Shown here: in pieces, positions 8,609 through 19,295 of the stretch
How the letters are laid out: every line of letters starts with the position of its first letter
How positions within the stretch are numbered: position 1 is the first letter of the stretch
IMG/VR virus record: IMGVR_UViG_3300042540_001822
Location: 62,001 to 126,000 of that record
DNA length: 64,000 nucleotides
Direction: 5' to 3' (one strand)
The notes under the pieces: model-generated
Databases searched by the model: none
Told to the model about the DNA's origin: nothing
Seen by the model: the letters and a program-made list of their open reading frames with translations, nothing else
Position numbers and translations under genes: made by a program

Positions 8609-8691
8609 TTTTTTATTGATTTATGGTTTGGAAAAGTGTGTATTTACCGCATTTTGCAATAATAGTTTTTACTTTAGGCGCGATAAGTTTC

Positions 8692-8973
8692 TTAATTCAA
8701 AATGAATTTAAGAACCAAAATCAAAATTAGAATTAAACCAAACCCAAGAACGCTCACCAAAATTACAATACGTTCTCCCATAGATGATATCCCTTCGAAT
8801 TGGATTTTGCCCTCATCTTGTTTGTATGGAATAAGTTCCTCCCTCATTAATTCCCTCCAAAGTTCGGAATTACACTCTTCATTATCACATAAGAAGAAAA
8901 AACCAAACTCTCCTACATTCACCCTTCTTTGGGCTTGCTCTTGGCACTGACAACAGGTGGATTGTTGTTTCAT
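8692..8973 (-). CDS. Hypothetical Cys-rich protein with C-terminal TM
   Basis: ORF track. Confidence 0.6.
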   Translation of the reverse strand: MKQQSTCCQCQEQAQRRVNVGEFGFFFLCDNEECNSELWRELMREELIPYKQDEGKIQFEGISSMGERIVILVSVLGFGLILILILVLKFILN

Positions 8974-8996
8974 AAGGATATGTGGGTTTAATTGTG

Positions 8997-9069
8997 TGAT
9001 CCCGACTGGACTCGAACCAGTAACCTACTGCTTAGAAGGCAGTTGCTCTATCCATTGAGCTACGGGACC
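8997..9069 (-). tRNA. tRNA-Arg (anticodon TCT)
   Basis: GGTCCCGTAGCTCAATGGATAGAGCAACTGCCTTCTAAGCAGTAGGTTACTGGTTCGAGTCCAGTCGGGATCA folds as a cloverleaf with CTTCTAA loop and GTTCGA T-loop. Confidence 0.95.
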
Positions 9070-9289
9070 TGGATTTATTTTGGATCCATTTTTTCGTATT
9101 CTTTTTTGACCTGTGCCTGAAAATTTTCCACGTTTGCAGAGAATTTACCGTAGGCAGCTCCTGACATGAAAGCAAGAATTCCAAAAAGAATGAAGGTAAT
9201 TAGTAACAGCATAAGTTTGTTTTTTTACAAATATAAGAAAAAAACTAATATGATCGATTTCCAAATCAAAAAAATGCGGTCCTACGACC

Positions 9290-9667
9290 CTACACATCGG
9301 GATTAATTTCAGCCCAAAACAACTTTACAACACTTCCCTTTATTTCTCCATACACACAGTCACTAAATTCGTAGGCTGGCACAAAGGAATTCAAATCTAC
9401 CCAAGCCCAATCAGCATCATGGTTTGGGAATTGGGCCATGTACTGACCCTCTTCGTTTACCATCAATAATTCTCTTTTTTTGTCATCCAAAAAAGTTCCC
9501 CCGGTGTATATGTGTTTTTTCACATCCAAAATTGGTGGTGTTAGCATTTCGGGCTTACAAACATTGTCCTCTAATAAATTGCGGAAAAAAGAAATTGGAT
9601 TCATGTTACTTATACAGCAGAACCAACATTTGATTTCGTTTCCACCTCCTTTAAAACCTCGATCCAA
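9290..9667 (-). CDS. Hypothetical protein (start probably MNPISF)
   Basis: ORF track. Confidence 0.6.
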   Translation of the reverse strand: MDRGFKGGGNEIKCWFCCISNMNPISFFRNLLEDNVCKPEMLTPPILDVKKHIYTGGTFLDDKKRELLMVNEEGQYMAQFPNHDADWAWVDLNSFVPAYEFSDCVYGEIKGSVVKLFWAEINPDV

Positions 9668-9825
9668 TACAGATGCATCACAATCAACTCTGGGTGGATT
9701 TCGGTACAGTTAATTAAGGATTGTATGTTTTTTAAACAATCATTTACTGTTTTTTTACCCAACATCTCTTTTGCCTTCTGGGAGGGAGAAAGTGCAGGCA
9801 AATCAAACAAAACAGATTGGCTCAT
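9610..9825 (-). CDS. Hypothetical protein
   Basis: ORF track; overlaps the sigma factor stop. Confidence 0.6.
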   Translation of the reverse strand: MSQSVLFDLPALSPSQKAKEMLGKKTVNDCLKNIQSLINCTEIHPELIVMHLYWIEVLKEVETKSNVGSAV

Positions 9826-10706
9826 AGACTTGGTTCAAATTGAATTCTTCTTGCTCCGGATTTCATTTTCGTGATCGCCTTACGGTGAATGATCTCTGCC
9901 TTCTGTTTTGAAATTCCAAATTTCAAACCAATTTCTATGTATGTCAATGGGTAATCATATCCCACTCCATGATGTAATGTCACGATGTCTTTTTCTAAAG
10001 GAGTTAAAGAAAGCAACAACTTATTAACCATCTTCTTTTCGTCATCCTTGTTCAACACATCTTCTGGTGTATCTTCACCGGAATCAATTATCTCATACAG
10101 GTTAGAGTCTTCTGCTGTTTCTAGGGGCTTGTCCAAAGAGACAGACACAAAATTTTGGCCTGTCACAAATTTAAAGGTATCAAAGGTTAGATTTTCTCTT
10201 TTGAGTTCTTCCTTCATGTATTCAAATACCTCCATCTCTGTGGCCTCCCTACCAATCCTAGCAAAAAGGTAACATTTCGCATCCTCTGCTTTTTGAACTA
10301 AACGTAATTGATTGGGCGGGATGTACACTGTTCTTTTAAACTTCTGTATGTAAAGAATCATTTCCTTTCGGATATGCCAAACAGCAAAGGAGATAAATCT
10401 AAATCCCTTGGTTGGATCAAATCTATCTGCTGCATCCACCAGCCCCACGTTGCCCACAGCCACCATCTCCTGCTGTGATTCTTCATTACTAGCATACATC
10501 TTGGCAACCGATAACACAAACCTCAAATTTGAGGTAACCAGCTTTTCTCTGGCTTTGGCATTACCATTAAAGGCCTGGGTGGCTATTTCGTATTCCTCAT
10601 CTGGTGACATGATGGGTATTCGGGATACCTCCCTCAAATACACCTGGGTTGAAAACTTCTGGCTGAGAGTAAATGTCTCAACTTTTTTAAATTGTCTCAT
10701 GCCCAT
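9822..10706 (-). CDS. Sigma-70 family RNA polymerase sigma factor (RpoD/RpoS-like, regions 1.2-4)
   Basis: YLREV, AREKLVTSNLRFVLSVAK, GLVDAADRFDPTKGFRFISFAVWHIR, region-4 HTH. Confidence 0.9.
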   Translation of the reverse strand: MGMRQFKKVETFTLSQKFSTQVYLREVSRIPIMSPDEEYEIATQAFNGNAKAREKLVTSNLRFVLSVAKMYASNEESQQEMVAVGNVGLVDAADRFDPTKGFRFISFAVWHIRKEMILYIQKFKRTVYIPPNQLRLVQKAEDAKCYLFARIGREATEMEVFEYMKEELKRENLTFDTFKFVTGQNFVSVSLDKPLETAEDSNLYEIIDSGEDTPEDVLNKDDEKKMVNKLLLSLTPLEKDIVTLHHGVGYDYPLTYIEIGLKFGISKQKAEIIHRKAITKMKSGARRIQFEPSL

Positions 10707-10723
10707 TGAAGTTCATTCAAAAT

Positions 10724-10987
10724 TTAAATTTCGTCATTTGAAAAAGTGGCAATCTTTTGTTTCTGAACCCTTAGTACCGACTTTAGGTTTTTGTGATGAT
10801 TGGAAAGTTTGAGGGCGAGTTGTCCCTGGAAATCAGAATCCTTAGCCACAACCTTCATCCACGAATCCAAAAAGATATCGAGAAATCTGGCCGAGGATTC
10901 CAACTGAATGGGTGTAATACAGGATTTGATTGTTTCCTCTACCTTCACGGCATCAGAGGTCAATCTTGAGAAAATGGGCTGTGACAT
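10724..10987 (-). CDS. Hypothetical protein
   Basis: ORF track. Confidence 0.6.
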   Translation of the reverse strand: MSQPIFSRLTSDAVKVEETIKSCITPIQLESSARFLDIFLDSWMKVVAKDSDFQGQLALKLSNHHKNLKSVLRVQKQKIATFSNDEI

Positions 10988-11203
10988 ATCAAGGGTTTAG
11001 AACCCAAGATTAAGTCAAACGAACCAAACAAAAAAATTTAACTTCTTTTATTTTCCCTGCCCAACGTATTTCTTCTGGTAAAACTTGCTTCTCTTATTAG
11101 AAGAGGTTTTGGTTTTAGCATGAATACCTCTTCTTCTCTTCTTAAAAGAATCCTTGTGGGAGTTTGAACTCGTTTGTGATTTGGTTGCCATTGTGTTTGA
11201 AAT

Positions 11204-11488
11204 TTATTTTTTGCACTCAGATGGTTGAAAACATCCTTGTCCTCCACCCTCAACGTACCCTACCCTGAAATCCACATCATGACCCTGGGTGTAGGGAGAC
11301 TCCTGCCCACATACAACACAAAGGTCATACTCGGGGAAGGGAAGCTCGGGCTGGGACGTCTTAAGGGATCGAACAAATTCGTTCTCTCTGTTTTTCTGGT
11401 TCCAGTATCTTTCCTGGACAATTTCCCCTAGGGCATAGGCATTCGGGGTGGCGAGGATCTCTACCTCTGTGAGTGTGACTGTGATCAT
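11204..11488 (-). CDS. Hypothetical protein with CxxC...GYVEGGGQ
   Basis: ORF track. Confidence 0.6.
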   Translation of the reverse strand: MITVTLTEVEILATPNAYALGEIVQERYWNQKNRENEFVRSLKTSQPELPFPEYDLCVVCGQESPYTQGHDVDFRVGYVEGGGQGCFQPSECKK

Positions 11489-11489
11489 G

Positions 11490-12870
11490 TTCGAATTTTA
11501 GAGGGTGTAAAACATACTATCTTAGCACCATACTATATCTATTGTTTCGATTTTTCGGGTCCACAGAGGACCTGCCCACAGGTACAGGACTTGGTGGGAT
11601 CAGTGACACAGGGGGTTTCGGGATTGGGGGACATCGGGAGGGGCTGGGATCCAAAGAGGGCCGAGCGGACTCTGGCCCATAGCCGCCGGAGTAGAGGGGG
11701 AAGTGGAGGAAAGTGGAACATGGGTATATTTTGTGTTGAGGCGCCGTGCGCGTCGCGTGCACGCGCTGGGCTTGAGTATGTTAGCATCATACTATGTCAA
11801 ACCCCAAAAATTTCACCCGGGCCCGGGGTACGTTTTGTTTGTTTCTGTCTTATCTTTGGATTGTGTTTCTCATATGTGTTTTGCCCGTGTCGGTCTCCGG
11901 ATCGGCACGGGATTTTTGTTTGTCCCAGATTTCCAGGATAATCTCAGCCCAACGAAAACCTTTCGTTATAACACAACATGTTTACTTAGAATGACTTACA
12001 AATCGTAACAACAAAAAAATTTACCGGGCGGGCTGACCCAGATTAACCTCGGACTAACCTCGGCCCATCCGGGGCGGAGTTAAATTGGAAATCCGGGTTA
12101 TCCTCCACAAGCCTCCACTTAACCCCACTTTTTACCACACGGAGGTGCTAGGAAAAAAAATCGAGGTTAGCGGGGATAAATTTGGGGACAACTGGGAGAA
12201 CTTGGTTAACCCCGCCCTACAGGGGTAAAACGAGGCTTTCCCGGACGATCGGGTCTGGACTCATGGCCCTGGGTGGTTTTCAAGGCCTCAGAGGGGCTTC
12301 CACAAGGGGGATTTTTCCGCGAAACCTTGAGGGCAGAGTCCTTTAAAGAATCCCTTTCTTCTTGTCTGTCATGTCTGGGCCAGGAGGGCCAAGGAGTCCT
12401 TTAAAGAATCCGATTCTTCTTTGTGATGTCTGGACCAAGGAGTGTCGGGAAGTCCTTTAAAGAATCCCTTTCTTCTTGTCTGTTATGTCTGGGCCAAGGA
12501 GATCCCTACAGTAACCTTTAGCTACCTATGTGTCTCCTTGTCTTCTTATATGTCTTTGATGTCTGGGCAGAGTCCTTTAAAGAATCCGATTCTTCTTGTC
12601 TTCTTGTATGTCTTTTATGTCTGGGACAGTAGATCTTTCTGAGTACGTGTGTCTTCTCTTGTGTGTTCTCTTTATACTTTGCATGTTCGGGTTAAAACAT
12701 GTTAGATGTGGTGTAGTCCTTCTGTGTCTCCTTGTTCGTCTGTGTGTTCTTTTCTTCATTCTTAAATTGACATTGGATTTTGTTCTTTTTTATTTGGAAG
12801 GGCCGGGGTTCTTTCTGTGTTCCCAATTTTGTCCCCCTCGATTTTTGAGGAACACGTTTGATGCAAATGA
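11490..12870. other. GC-rich non-coding strand-switch region (candidate origin, terminus or packaging region)
   Basis: Genes diverge on either side; no plausible ORFs; palindromes, phased CCAC repeats, iteron-like repeats and a strong T-over-A skew. Confidence 0.55.
12337..12600 (+). repeat. Four copies of AGTCCTTTAAAGAATCC(CT/GA)TTCTTCTT
   Basis: Copies start at 12337, 12395, 12451, 12571; palindromic CTTTAAAG core. Confidence 0.85.
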
Positions 12871-12876
12871 TATATA
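12869..12876 (+). promoter_or_regulatory. Putative late promoter GATATATA (representative copy)
   Basis: Recurs a short distance upstream of most MKH-leader genes, including most LRR-array junctions; analogous to T4 late TATAAATA. Confidence 0.65.
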
Positions 12877-12891
12877 AAAAAAATTGTTTTT

Positions 12892-14322
12892 ATGAAACGC
12901 ATTAAATTATTTGAATCATTTGTTGCCGAAAACTACTCAAAACGTTCTCCTAAATTTAATATGCCTGATTTCTATGTTATGCCTAATGGATTATCCAGAA
13001 ATAAGGTTTATGTTGTCAAGTTGACTTACCAGTGTGAGAATTTAATTTATGCCTTAATGGATTATTCTCAGTTGGAAAAAACATATGAGTTATTGAATCT
13101 AAATCTCGTCTCAGAAAAGATACGATGGTATTCCTGGATGATTTATGAATTCCCGAACAATCCAAATGTCGAAGAGGAATCTAAAAAAGGAGACCCATTA
13201 TACAATCAAAAGGTTCTAACCCAGAAAGGTTGGTCTATCCAAATTATTGCAGAGGCGGAGAGTGACAAGTTTCCCTATTATGTTTTCATTCCAAAAGGCG
13301 ATGAACCCCCATCAATCATGAAAAAATTGAAGGAAATTTCTAAAAATTGTAAATTTTGTGCAGATGAACCAGATATTTCCTCCTTTAGGCCTGGACAGAT
13401 CACATGTGCAATAGGTAGCGAAGATGTTGTTTTCGATCCTGGAATGGGAATGGAATTATCTGATATCATTTATGATGATAGCGGAACTTATGAAAGCCCG
13501 CAAGATATCGATCGCGGGTTTGAACCAAGGGGATTCTACATTAGATTTGATTCTCTAGGAGCATTTTTAGCAGCGCACCATCCTTCTTATCATGAATTTA
13601 ATAGATTCTATAAGTCTAAGTTTGTTGTTGACAATTCGAAAATCTTTGAAATTCTCCAATACAAGCCAGACCTTGTTGGGGTTAGAAATTTAATTCAAGG
13701 AAAGGAAGGTTCCCGGGATTTTCTAGACGATATATTTGCATTCCTTATAGATGAGGATGCCCCTCAAAAGATTGTAAAAGAAATTAGTGATATTTTAAAT
13801 CCGGATGACTATGAACCCCAAACCATGGATTTTTATAGGGCCAAGCTTAATATATACACGAAGAGAATTCTTTCCTGGGATCCTTTAAAAAAATCCGAAA
13901 CTCCAGATTTTAAAGAAGGAAATATTTTTCTAGCACTTCCTGATGATCGATCTCTTGTTGTTTCCATCCTCAATAAACTTCCGAAGGATTATCAAGAAAT
14001 TAAAGAAGGGTTAGATTCCATAGATCCATCCTTTCTTCAAAAAAATATGGATGATTATGGATCTGATTTTTCAACTTTGGATTCATATAAAGAAATGTTA
14101 AAATCTAATATTTATTTTTTTGAAAAAAATTCAATCACAAAACAAAAAATAAATCTCTATGATGGGAAATTACCATCAATAGATGTTCTAATGAATGAAA
14201 CTCATTGTGATTTCTTTTACGGAATATTTAGAAATATAACCGCCGATGAAATTAACAGGATGAGTCCAATCGAACTTTATCTTAATGTATTTTTTCAAGG
14301 AAAAAGCATTTTAGATTTTTAA
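12892..14322 (+). CDS. Hypothetical protein with MKRIKLFESFVAE leader
   Basis: 476-aa ORF. Confidence 0.8.
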   Translation: MKRIKLFESFVAENYSKRSPKFNMPDFYVMPNGLSRNKVYVVKLTYQCENLIYALMDYSQLEKTYELLNLNLVSEKIRWYSWMIYEFPNNPNVEEESKKGDPLYNQKVLTQKGWSIQIIAEAESDKFPYYVFIPKGDEPPSIMKKLKEISKNCKFCADEPDISSFRPGQITCAIGSEDVVFDPGMGMELSDIIYDDSGTYESPQDIDRGFEPRGFYIRFDSLGAFLAAHHPSYHEFNRFYKSKFVVDNSKIFEILQYKPDLVGVRNLIQGKEGSRDFLDDIFAFLIDEDAPQKIVKEISDILNPDDYEPQTMDFYRAKLNIYTKRILSWDPLKKSETPDFKEGNIFLALPDDRSLVVSILNKLPKDYQEIKEGLDSIDPSFLQKNMDDYGSDFSTLDSYKEMLKSNIYFFEKNSITKQKINLYDGKLPSIDVLMNETHCDFFYGIFRNITADEINRMSPIELYLNVFFQGKSILDF

Positions 14323-14428
14323 TTGGGTAAAGCGAGATTTATTTTAATTTTGGGGCCGGGGTTCTTTCGGTGTTCCCAATTTTGTCCCCCTCGACTTCGA
14401 ATGACTGCGGTTGGGAATATATAAGGAC

Positions 14429-15247
14429 ATGAAACACCTCCAATCCTTTTCCCTGTTCGAAGCCCAAACTTCTGTCCTGACCACAGACCAAGAGGCATTT
14501 TTGAATGAATACATCAAAGGAGCATGGTCGGTCAATCCAACAACAGGTCTGGTCGATGTGGAGGGAAATTTTGCTTGTAGTTCCAAAAGGCTGAAGTCTC
14601 TGTCGGGCATCTCGTTCGGACATGTGAGTGGGAATTTCGCCTGTTTCAACAACCAACTGACCTCCCTGAAAGGAGCACCACAGACGGTGGGTGGGGGTTT
14701 CGATTGTTCTTATAACGATCTCACTTCCCTGGAAGGAGCACCACAGACGGTGGGTGGGGATTTCAATTGCTTTTATAATTACAATCTTAAATCCTTGGAA
14801 GGAGCACCTCGGACTGTGGGTGTGAATTTCGATTGTTCTTATAACGATCTCACTTCCCTGGAAGGAGCACCTCAGACGGTGGGTGGGGATTTCAATTGCT
14901 TTTATAATTACAATCTTAAATCCTTGGAAGGAGCACCTCGGACTGTGGGTGTGAATTTCCTTTCTGACAAATTCCAATTAGAAGAAGGCGAATGGAACAT
15001 GCAAGGATGGCTGGAGGTTTTGAACACAGGAACGGAAGAAGCCAAAAAATTGATTTCCACCCTGCCATGGCTACAACCGGACTGGTGGAACTTGGAACTC
15101 CAACGGGATCCCGGTAAAACAGTTCATCTATTGGGGTCTTTATGGAAACATATGCCAAAGGACATGCAATCTGCAATTAAGATTCCCGGGGGATATGAAG
15201 ATGATTTCGAACTGTTTTCTGGATTTAACGAGCTGGGCTTGTTTTAG
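14429..15247 (+). CDS. LRR-like variable-module protein 1 (5 modules)
   Basis: FxCxxNxLTSLEGAPQTV repeats; start moved to MKHLQ; internal 129-bp duplication. Confidence 0.9.
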   Translation: MKHLQSFSLFEAQTSVLTTDQEAFLNEYIKGAWSVNPTTGLVDVEGNFACSSKRLKSLSGISFGHVSGNFACFNNQLTSLKGAPQTVGGGFDCSYNDLTSLEGAPQTVGGDFNCFYNYNLKSLEGAPRTVGVNFDCSYNDLTSLEGAPQTVGGDFNCFYNYNLKSLEGAPRTVGVNFLSDKFQLEEGEWNMQGWLEVLNTGTEEAKKLISTLPWLQPDWWNLELQRDPGKTVHLLGSLWKHMPKDMQSAIKIPGGYEDDFELFSGFNELGLF

Positions 15248-15262
15248 AGGATATATAGGAGA

Positions 15263-15886
15263 ATGAAACACCTCCAATCCTTTTCCCTGTTCGAAGCCCA
15301 AACTTCTTTCCTGACAACCGACCAAAAGGAATTTTTAAATGAATGCACCAAAGGAGCATGGTCGGTCAACCGGCAGACCGGTCTGGTCAATGTGGAGGGG
15401 AATTTTGACTGTAGTTTCAAATCACTAAAGTCTCTGCCTGACATCTCGTTCGGACACGTCAGTGGTCATTACGGCTGTTTCAACAACCAACTGACCTCCC
15501 TCGAGGGAGCACCCCAGACGGTAGGCGGGGGTTTCTACTGTTCCAACAACAAACTGACCTCCCTCGAAGGATCCCCACAGACTGTGGGTGGGGATTTTTG
15601 GTGTGACGAATTCGAATTAGATTCAGGCAAATGGAACATGCAAGGATGGGTGGAAGTTCTGAACACAGGAACACCAGCAGCCCAAAAATTGATTTCCACC
15701 CTTCCATGGATCCAACCGGACTGGTGGAACCTGGAACTCCAACGGGATCCCGGGAAGACGGTTCATCTATTGGCCACTGCATGGAATCACATGCCAAAGG
15801 ACATGCAATCTGGAATTAAGATTCCTCGGGGATATGAAGGTGATTTCGAACTGTTTTCCGGATTTGACGAGCTGGGCTTGTTTTAA
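15263..15886 (+). CDS. LRR-like variable-module protein 2 (2 modules)
   Basis: Paralogue; ends SGFDELGLF. Confidence 0.9.
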   Translation: MKHLQSFSLFEAQTSFLTTDQKEFLNECTKGAWSVNRQTGLVNVEGNFDCSFKSLKSLPDISFGHVSGHYGCFNNQLTSLEGAPQTVGGGFYCSNNKLTSLEGSPQTVGGDFWCDEFELDSGKWNMQGWVEVLNTGTPAAQKLISTLPWIQPDWWNLELQRDPGKTVHLLATAWNHMPKDMQSGIKIPRGYEGDFELFSGFDELGLF

Positions 15887-15903
15887 AGGATATATATAAG
15901 GAC

Positions 15904-16716
15904 ATGAAACACCTCCAGTCCTTCGTACTTTTCGAAGCCCAAACTTCTGTCCTGACACCCCGCCAAAATAAATTTTTGAATGGATGCACCAAAGAAACAT
16001 GGTCGGTCAACCGGCAGACTGGTCTGGTCGATGTGAAGGGAAATTTTGACTGTAGTTTCAAATCACTAAAGTCTCTGCATGGCATCTCGTTCGGAAACGT
16101 CAGTGGTCATTTTGGCTGTATATACAACCAACTGACCTCCCTGAAAGGATCACCCCAGACGGTGGGTGGGAATTTCAACTGTTCCACCAACCGACTGACT
16201 TCTCTAGAAGGAGCACCGCAGAAGGTGGGTGTGAGTTTCGACTGTGGTGTAAACAAATTGACCTCCTTGAAAGGATCACCACAGACGGTGGGTGGGATTT
16301 TCTCCTGTTACAACAACCGACTGACCTCTCTCGAAGGAGCACCTCAGAAGGTTGGCTCGAATTTTTCTTGTACTTTTAACGATCTCACTTCCCTGAAAGG
16401 AGCACCTGAGACGGTGGGTGGGTATTTTACGTGTGACGAATTCAAATTAGATTCGGGTGAATGGAACATGGAAGGATGGGTGGAGGTTTTGAACACAGGA
16501 ACACCAGCAGCCCAAAAATTGATTTCCACCCTTCCATGGCTCCAACCAGACTGGTGGAACTCGGAACTCCAACGGGATCCAGCGAAAACAGTTCATCTAT
16601 TGGGGTCTTCATGGAAACATATGCCAAAGGACATTCAATCTGCAATTAAGATTCCTCGGGGATATGAAGGTGATTTTGAATTGTTTTCTGGATTTGACGA
16701 GCTGGGGTTGTTTTAA
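15904..16716 (+). CDS. LRR-like variable-module protein 3 (5 modules)
   Basis: Paralogue. Confidence 0.9.
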   Translation: MKHLQSFVLFEAQTSVLTPRQNKFLNGCTKETWSVNRQTGLVDVKGNFDCSFKSLKSLHGISFGNVSGHFGCIYNQLTSLKGSPQTVGGNFNCSTNRLTSLEGAPQKVGVSFDCGVNKLTSLKGSPQTVGGIFSCYNNRLTSLEGAPQKVGSNFSCTFNDLTSLKGAPETVGGYFTCDEFKLDSGEWNMEGWVEVLNTGTPAAQKLISTLPWLQPDWWNSELQRDPAKTVHLLGSSWKHMPKDIQSAIKIPRGYEGDFELFSGFDELGLF

Positions 16717-16731
16717 AGGATATATAGAGGG

Positions 16732-17544
16732 ATGAAACACATCCAATCCTTTTCTCTGTTCGAAGCCCAAACTTCTGTCCTGACCACAGACCAAGAGGCA
16801 TTTTTGAATGAATTCACCGACGGGACCTGGTCGGTTAATCCAACAACTGGTTTGGTGGACGTTCAGGGTGATTTTAACTGTTTCGGTCAAGGTCTGAAAT
16901 CACTTCGAAAAATATCTTTCGGTCATGTGAGTGGGTATTTCTCCTTTTCCGACAACCAACTGACCTCCCTGGCAGGGGCACCCCAGACGGTGAGTGGGCA
17001 TTTCTTCTGTTCCCGCAACCAACTGACCTCCCTTAAAGGAGCACCCCAGACGGTGGATGGGCCTTTCTACTGTTACAAAAACAAACTGACCTCCCTCGAA
17101 GGAGCACCTCAGACGGTGTATGGGGATTTCCGGTGTTACAATAACCAACTGACCTCCCTAGAAGGAGCACCACAGACGGTGGGCGGGGATTTCTCTTGCT
17201 ACAACAACCAACTGACCTCCCTGGAAGGAGCACCTCAGACGGTGGGTGGGTATTTTACGTGTGACGAATTCCAATTAGATTCGGGTGAATGGAACATGGA
17301 AGGATGGCTGAGGGTTTTGAAAACAGGAAAAACAAAAGCCAAAAAATTGATTCTCACCCTGCCATGGCTACAACCGGACTGGTGGAACTCGGAACTTCAG
17401 CGGGATCCAGGGAAAACCGTTCATCTATTGGGGTCTTTGTGGAAACATATGCCAAAGGACATGCAATCTGGAATTAAGATTCCTCGGGGATATGAAGGTG
17501 ATTTTGAATTGTTTTCTGGATTTGACGAGCTGGGGTTGTTTTAA
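16732..17544 (+). CDS. LRR-like variable-module protein 4 (5 modules)
   Basis: Paralogue. Confidence 0.9.
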   Translation: MKHIQSFSLFEAQTSVLTTDQEAFLNEFTDGTWSVNPTTGLVDVQGDFNCFGQGLKSLRKISFGHVSGYFSFSDNQLTSLAGAPQTVSGHFFCSRNQLTSLKGAPQTVDGPFYCYKNKLTSLEGAPQTVYGDFRCYNNQLTSLEGAPQTVGGDFSCYNNQLTSLEGAPQTVGGYFTCDEFQLDSGEWNMEGWLRVLKTGKTKAKKLILTLPWLQPDWWNSELQRDPGKTVHLLGSLWKHMPKDMQSGIKIPRGYEGDFELFSGFDELGLF

Positions 17545-17559
17545 AGGATATATAGGAGA

Positions 17560-18384
17560 ATGAAACACCTCCAGTCCTTCGTACTTTTCGAAGCCAAAGC
17601 TGCTCGTCTTCCTTCTGGACTTACTCAAAGTCAAGAAAATTTCTTGAACCGACACACCAGAGGAACATGGTCTGTTAATCCAACGACCGGTCTGGTAGAT
17701 GTTTTTGGGGAATTTTACTGTTTCGGTCAAGGTCTGAAATCACTTCGAAAAATATCTTTCGGTCATGTGAGTGGGAATTTCGACTTTTCTTCCAACAAAC
17801 AAACCTCTCTGAAAGGAGCACCCCAGACGGTTAAACGTCAATTCAATTGTTCTGATAACGAACTGACCTCCCTGGAAGGAGCACCTCAGGAGGTAGGTAG
17901 GAGTTTCTACTGTTACAAAAACAAACTGACTTCCCTAGAAGGATCACCTAAGACTGTAGGCGGTGATTTCGACTGTGCTATCAACCATCTGACTTCCCTT
18001 AAAGGAGCACCACAAACGGTGGATGGTCGTTTCTACTGTGATAGGAACAAATTAACCTCCCTGGAAGGAGCACCTCAGACGGTGGTTGGGAATTTTAAGT
18101 GTGACGAATTCGAATTAGATTCAGGTGAATGGAACATGGAAGGATGGCTGAGGGTTTTGAAAACAGGAAAAACAAAAGCCAGAAAATTGATTTGCACCCT
18201 TCCATGGCTACAACCGAACTGGTGGAACTCTGAACTTCAGCGGGATCCCGGTAAAACAGTTCATCTATTGGGGTCTTTGTGGAAACATATGCCAAAGGAC
18301 ATGCAATCTGGAATTAAGATTCCTCGGGGATATGAAGGTGATTTTGAATTGTTTTCTGGATTTGACGAGCTGGGGCTGTTTTAA
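17560..18384 (+). CDS. LRR-like variable-module protein 5 (5 modules)
   Basis: Paralogue. Confidence 0.9.
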   Translation: MKHLQSFVLFEAKAARLPSGLTQSQENFLNRHTRGTWSVNPTTGLVDVFGEFYCFGQGLKSLRKISFGHVSGNFDFSSNKQTSLKGAPQTVKRQFNCSDNELTSLEGAPQEVGRSFYCYKNKLTSLEGSPKTVGGDFDCAINHLTSLKGAPQTVDGRFYCDRNKLTSLEGAPQTVVGNFKCDEFELDSGEWNMEGWLRVLKTGKTKARKLICTLPWLQPNWWNSELQRDPGKTVHLLGSLWKHMPKDMQSGIKIPRGYEGDFELFSGFDELGLF

Positions 18385-18399
18385 AGGATATATAAGGGC

Positions 18400-19278
18400 A
18401 TGAAATATCTCGTTTCATTTGTCCTTTTCGAAACCGAAAAGACTTCAGGCCTGACACCCGGCCAAGAGGCATTTTTGAATGAATGCTCCAGCAAGACCTG
18501 GTCGGTTAACCGGCAGAATGGTCTGGTCGATGTGCAAGGAGGTTTTACTTGTAGTTTCAAATCCCTAACGTCTCTGCCTGACATCTCGTTCGGAAACGTC
18601 AGTGGTCATTTCATCTGTTCCAACAACCAAATGACCTCCCTTGATGGAGCACCACAGAAGGTGGGTGGGATTTTCTCCTGTGCCGGCAATCAGCTGACCT
18701 CCCTAAAAGGAGCAACCCAGAATGTGGGCGGGAATTTTTGGTGTCACCAAAACCAGCTGACCTCCCTGGAAGGAGCACCCCAGACGGTGAACGGGAATTT
18801 CCACTGTTACTACAACCGACTGACCTCTCTCGAAGGAGCACCCCAGACGGTAAAAAAGAATTTCCACTGTTACAAAAACCAACTGACCTCACTTAAAGGA
18901 GCACCTGAGACGGTGGGTGGGAATTTTGAATGTTCCAACAACAAACTCCAATCCCTGGAAGGAGCACCTCATACGATAAACGGGGGTTTTCGGTGTGACG
19001 AATTCCATTTATATTCAGGCAAATGGAACATGCAAGGATGGGTGGAGGTTTTGAACACAGGAACACCAGCAGCCCAAAAATTGATTTCCACCCTTCCATG
19101 GATCCAACCGGACTGGTGGAACCAGGAACTCCAAAGGGATCCTGGGAAGACGGTTCATCTGTTGTCTACCATGTGGAACCACATGCCAAAGGACATGCAA
19201 TCTGCAATTCAGATCCCTCGGGGATATGAAGGTGATTTTGAATTGTTTACTGGATTTGACGAGCTGGGCTTGTTTTAA
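18400..19278 (+). CDS. LRR-like variable-module protein 6 (6 modules)
   Basis: Paralogue. Confidence 0.9.
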   Translation: MKYLVSFVLFETEKTSGLTPGQEAFLNECSSKTWSVNRQNGLVDVQGGFTCSFKSLTSLPDISFGNVSGHFICSNNQMTSLDGAPQKVGGIFSCAGNQLTSLKGATQNVGGNFWCHQNQLTSLEGAPQTVNGNFHCYYNRLTSLEGAPQTVKKNFHCYKNQLTSLKGAPETVGGNFECSNNKLQSLEGAPHTINGGFRCDEFHLYSGKWNMQGWVEVLNTGTPAAQKLISTLPWIQPDWWNQELQRDPGKTVHLLSTMWNHMPKDMQSAIQIPRGYEGDFELFTGFDELGLF

Positions 19279-19295
19279 AGGATATATATAGGAGA

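Noticed and set aside
12337-12600. CRISPR array
   Set aside because: Intervening sequences resemble each other (ATGTCTGG...CAAGGAG), spacing is irregular, and there are no cas genes
11517-12877. ORFs in the strand-switch region
   Set aside because: Overlapping, low-complexity products with atypical composition; more consistent with non-coding DNA
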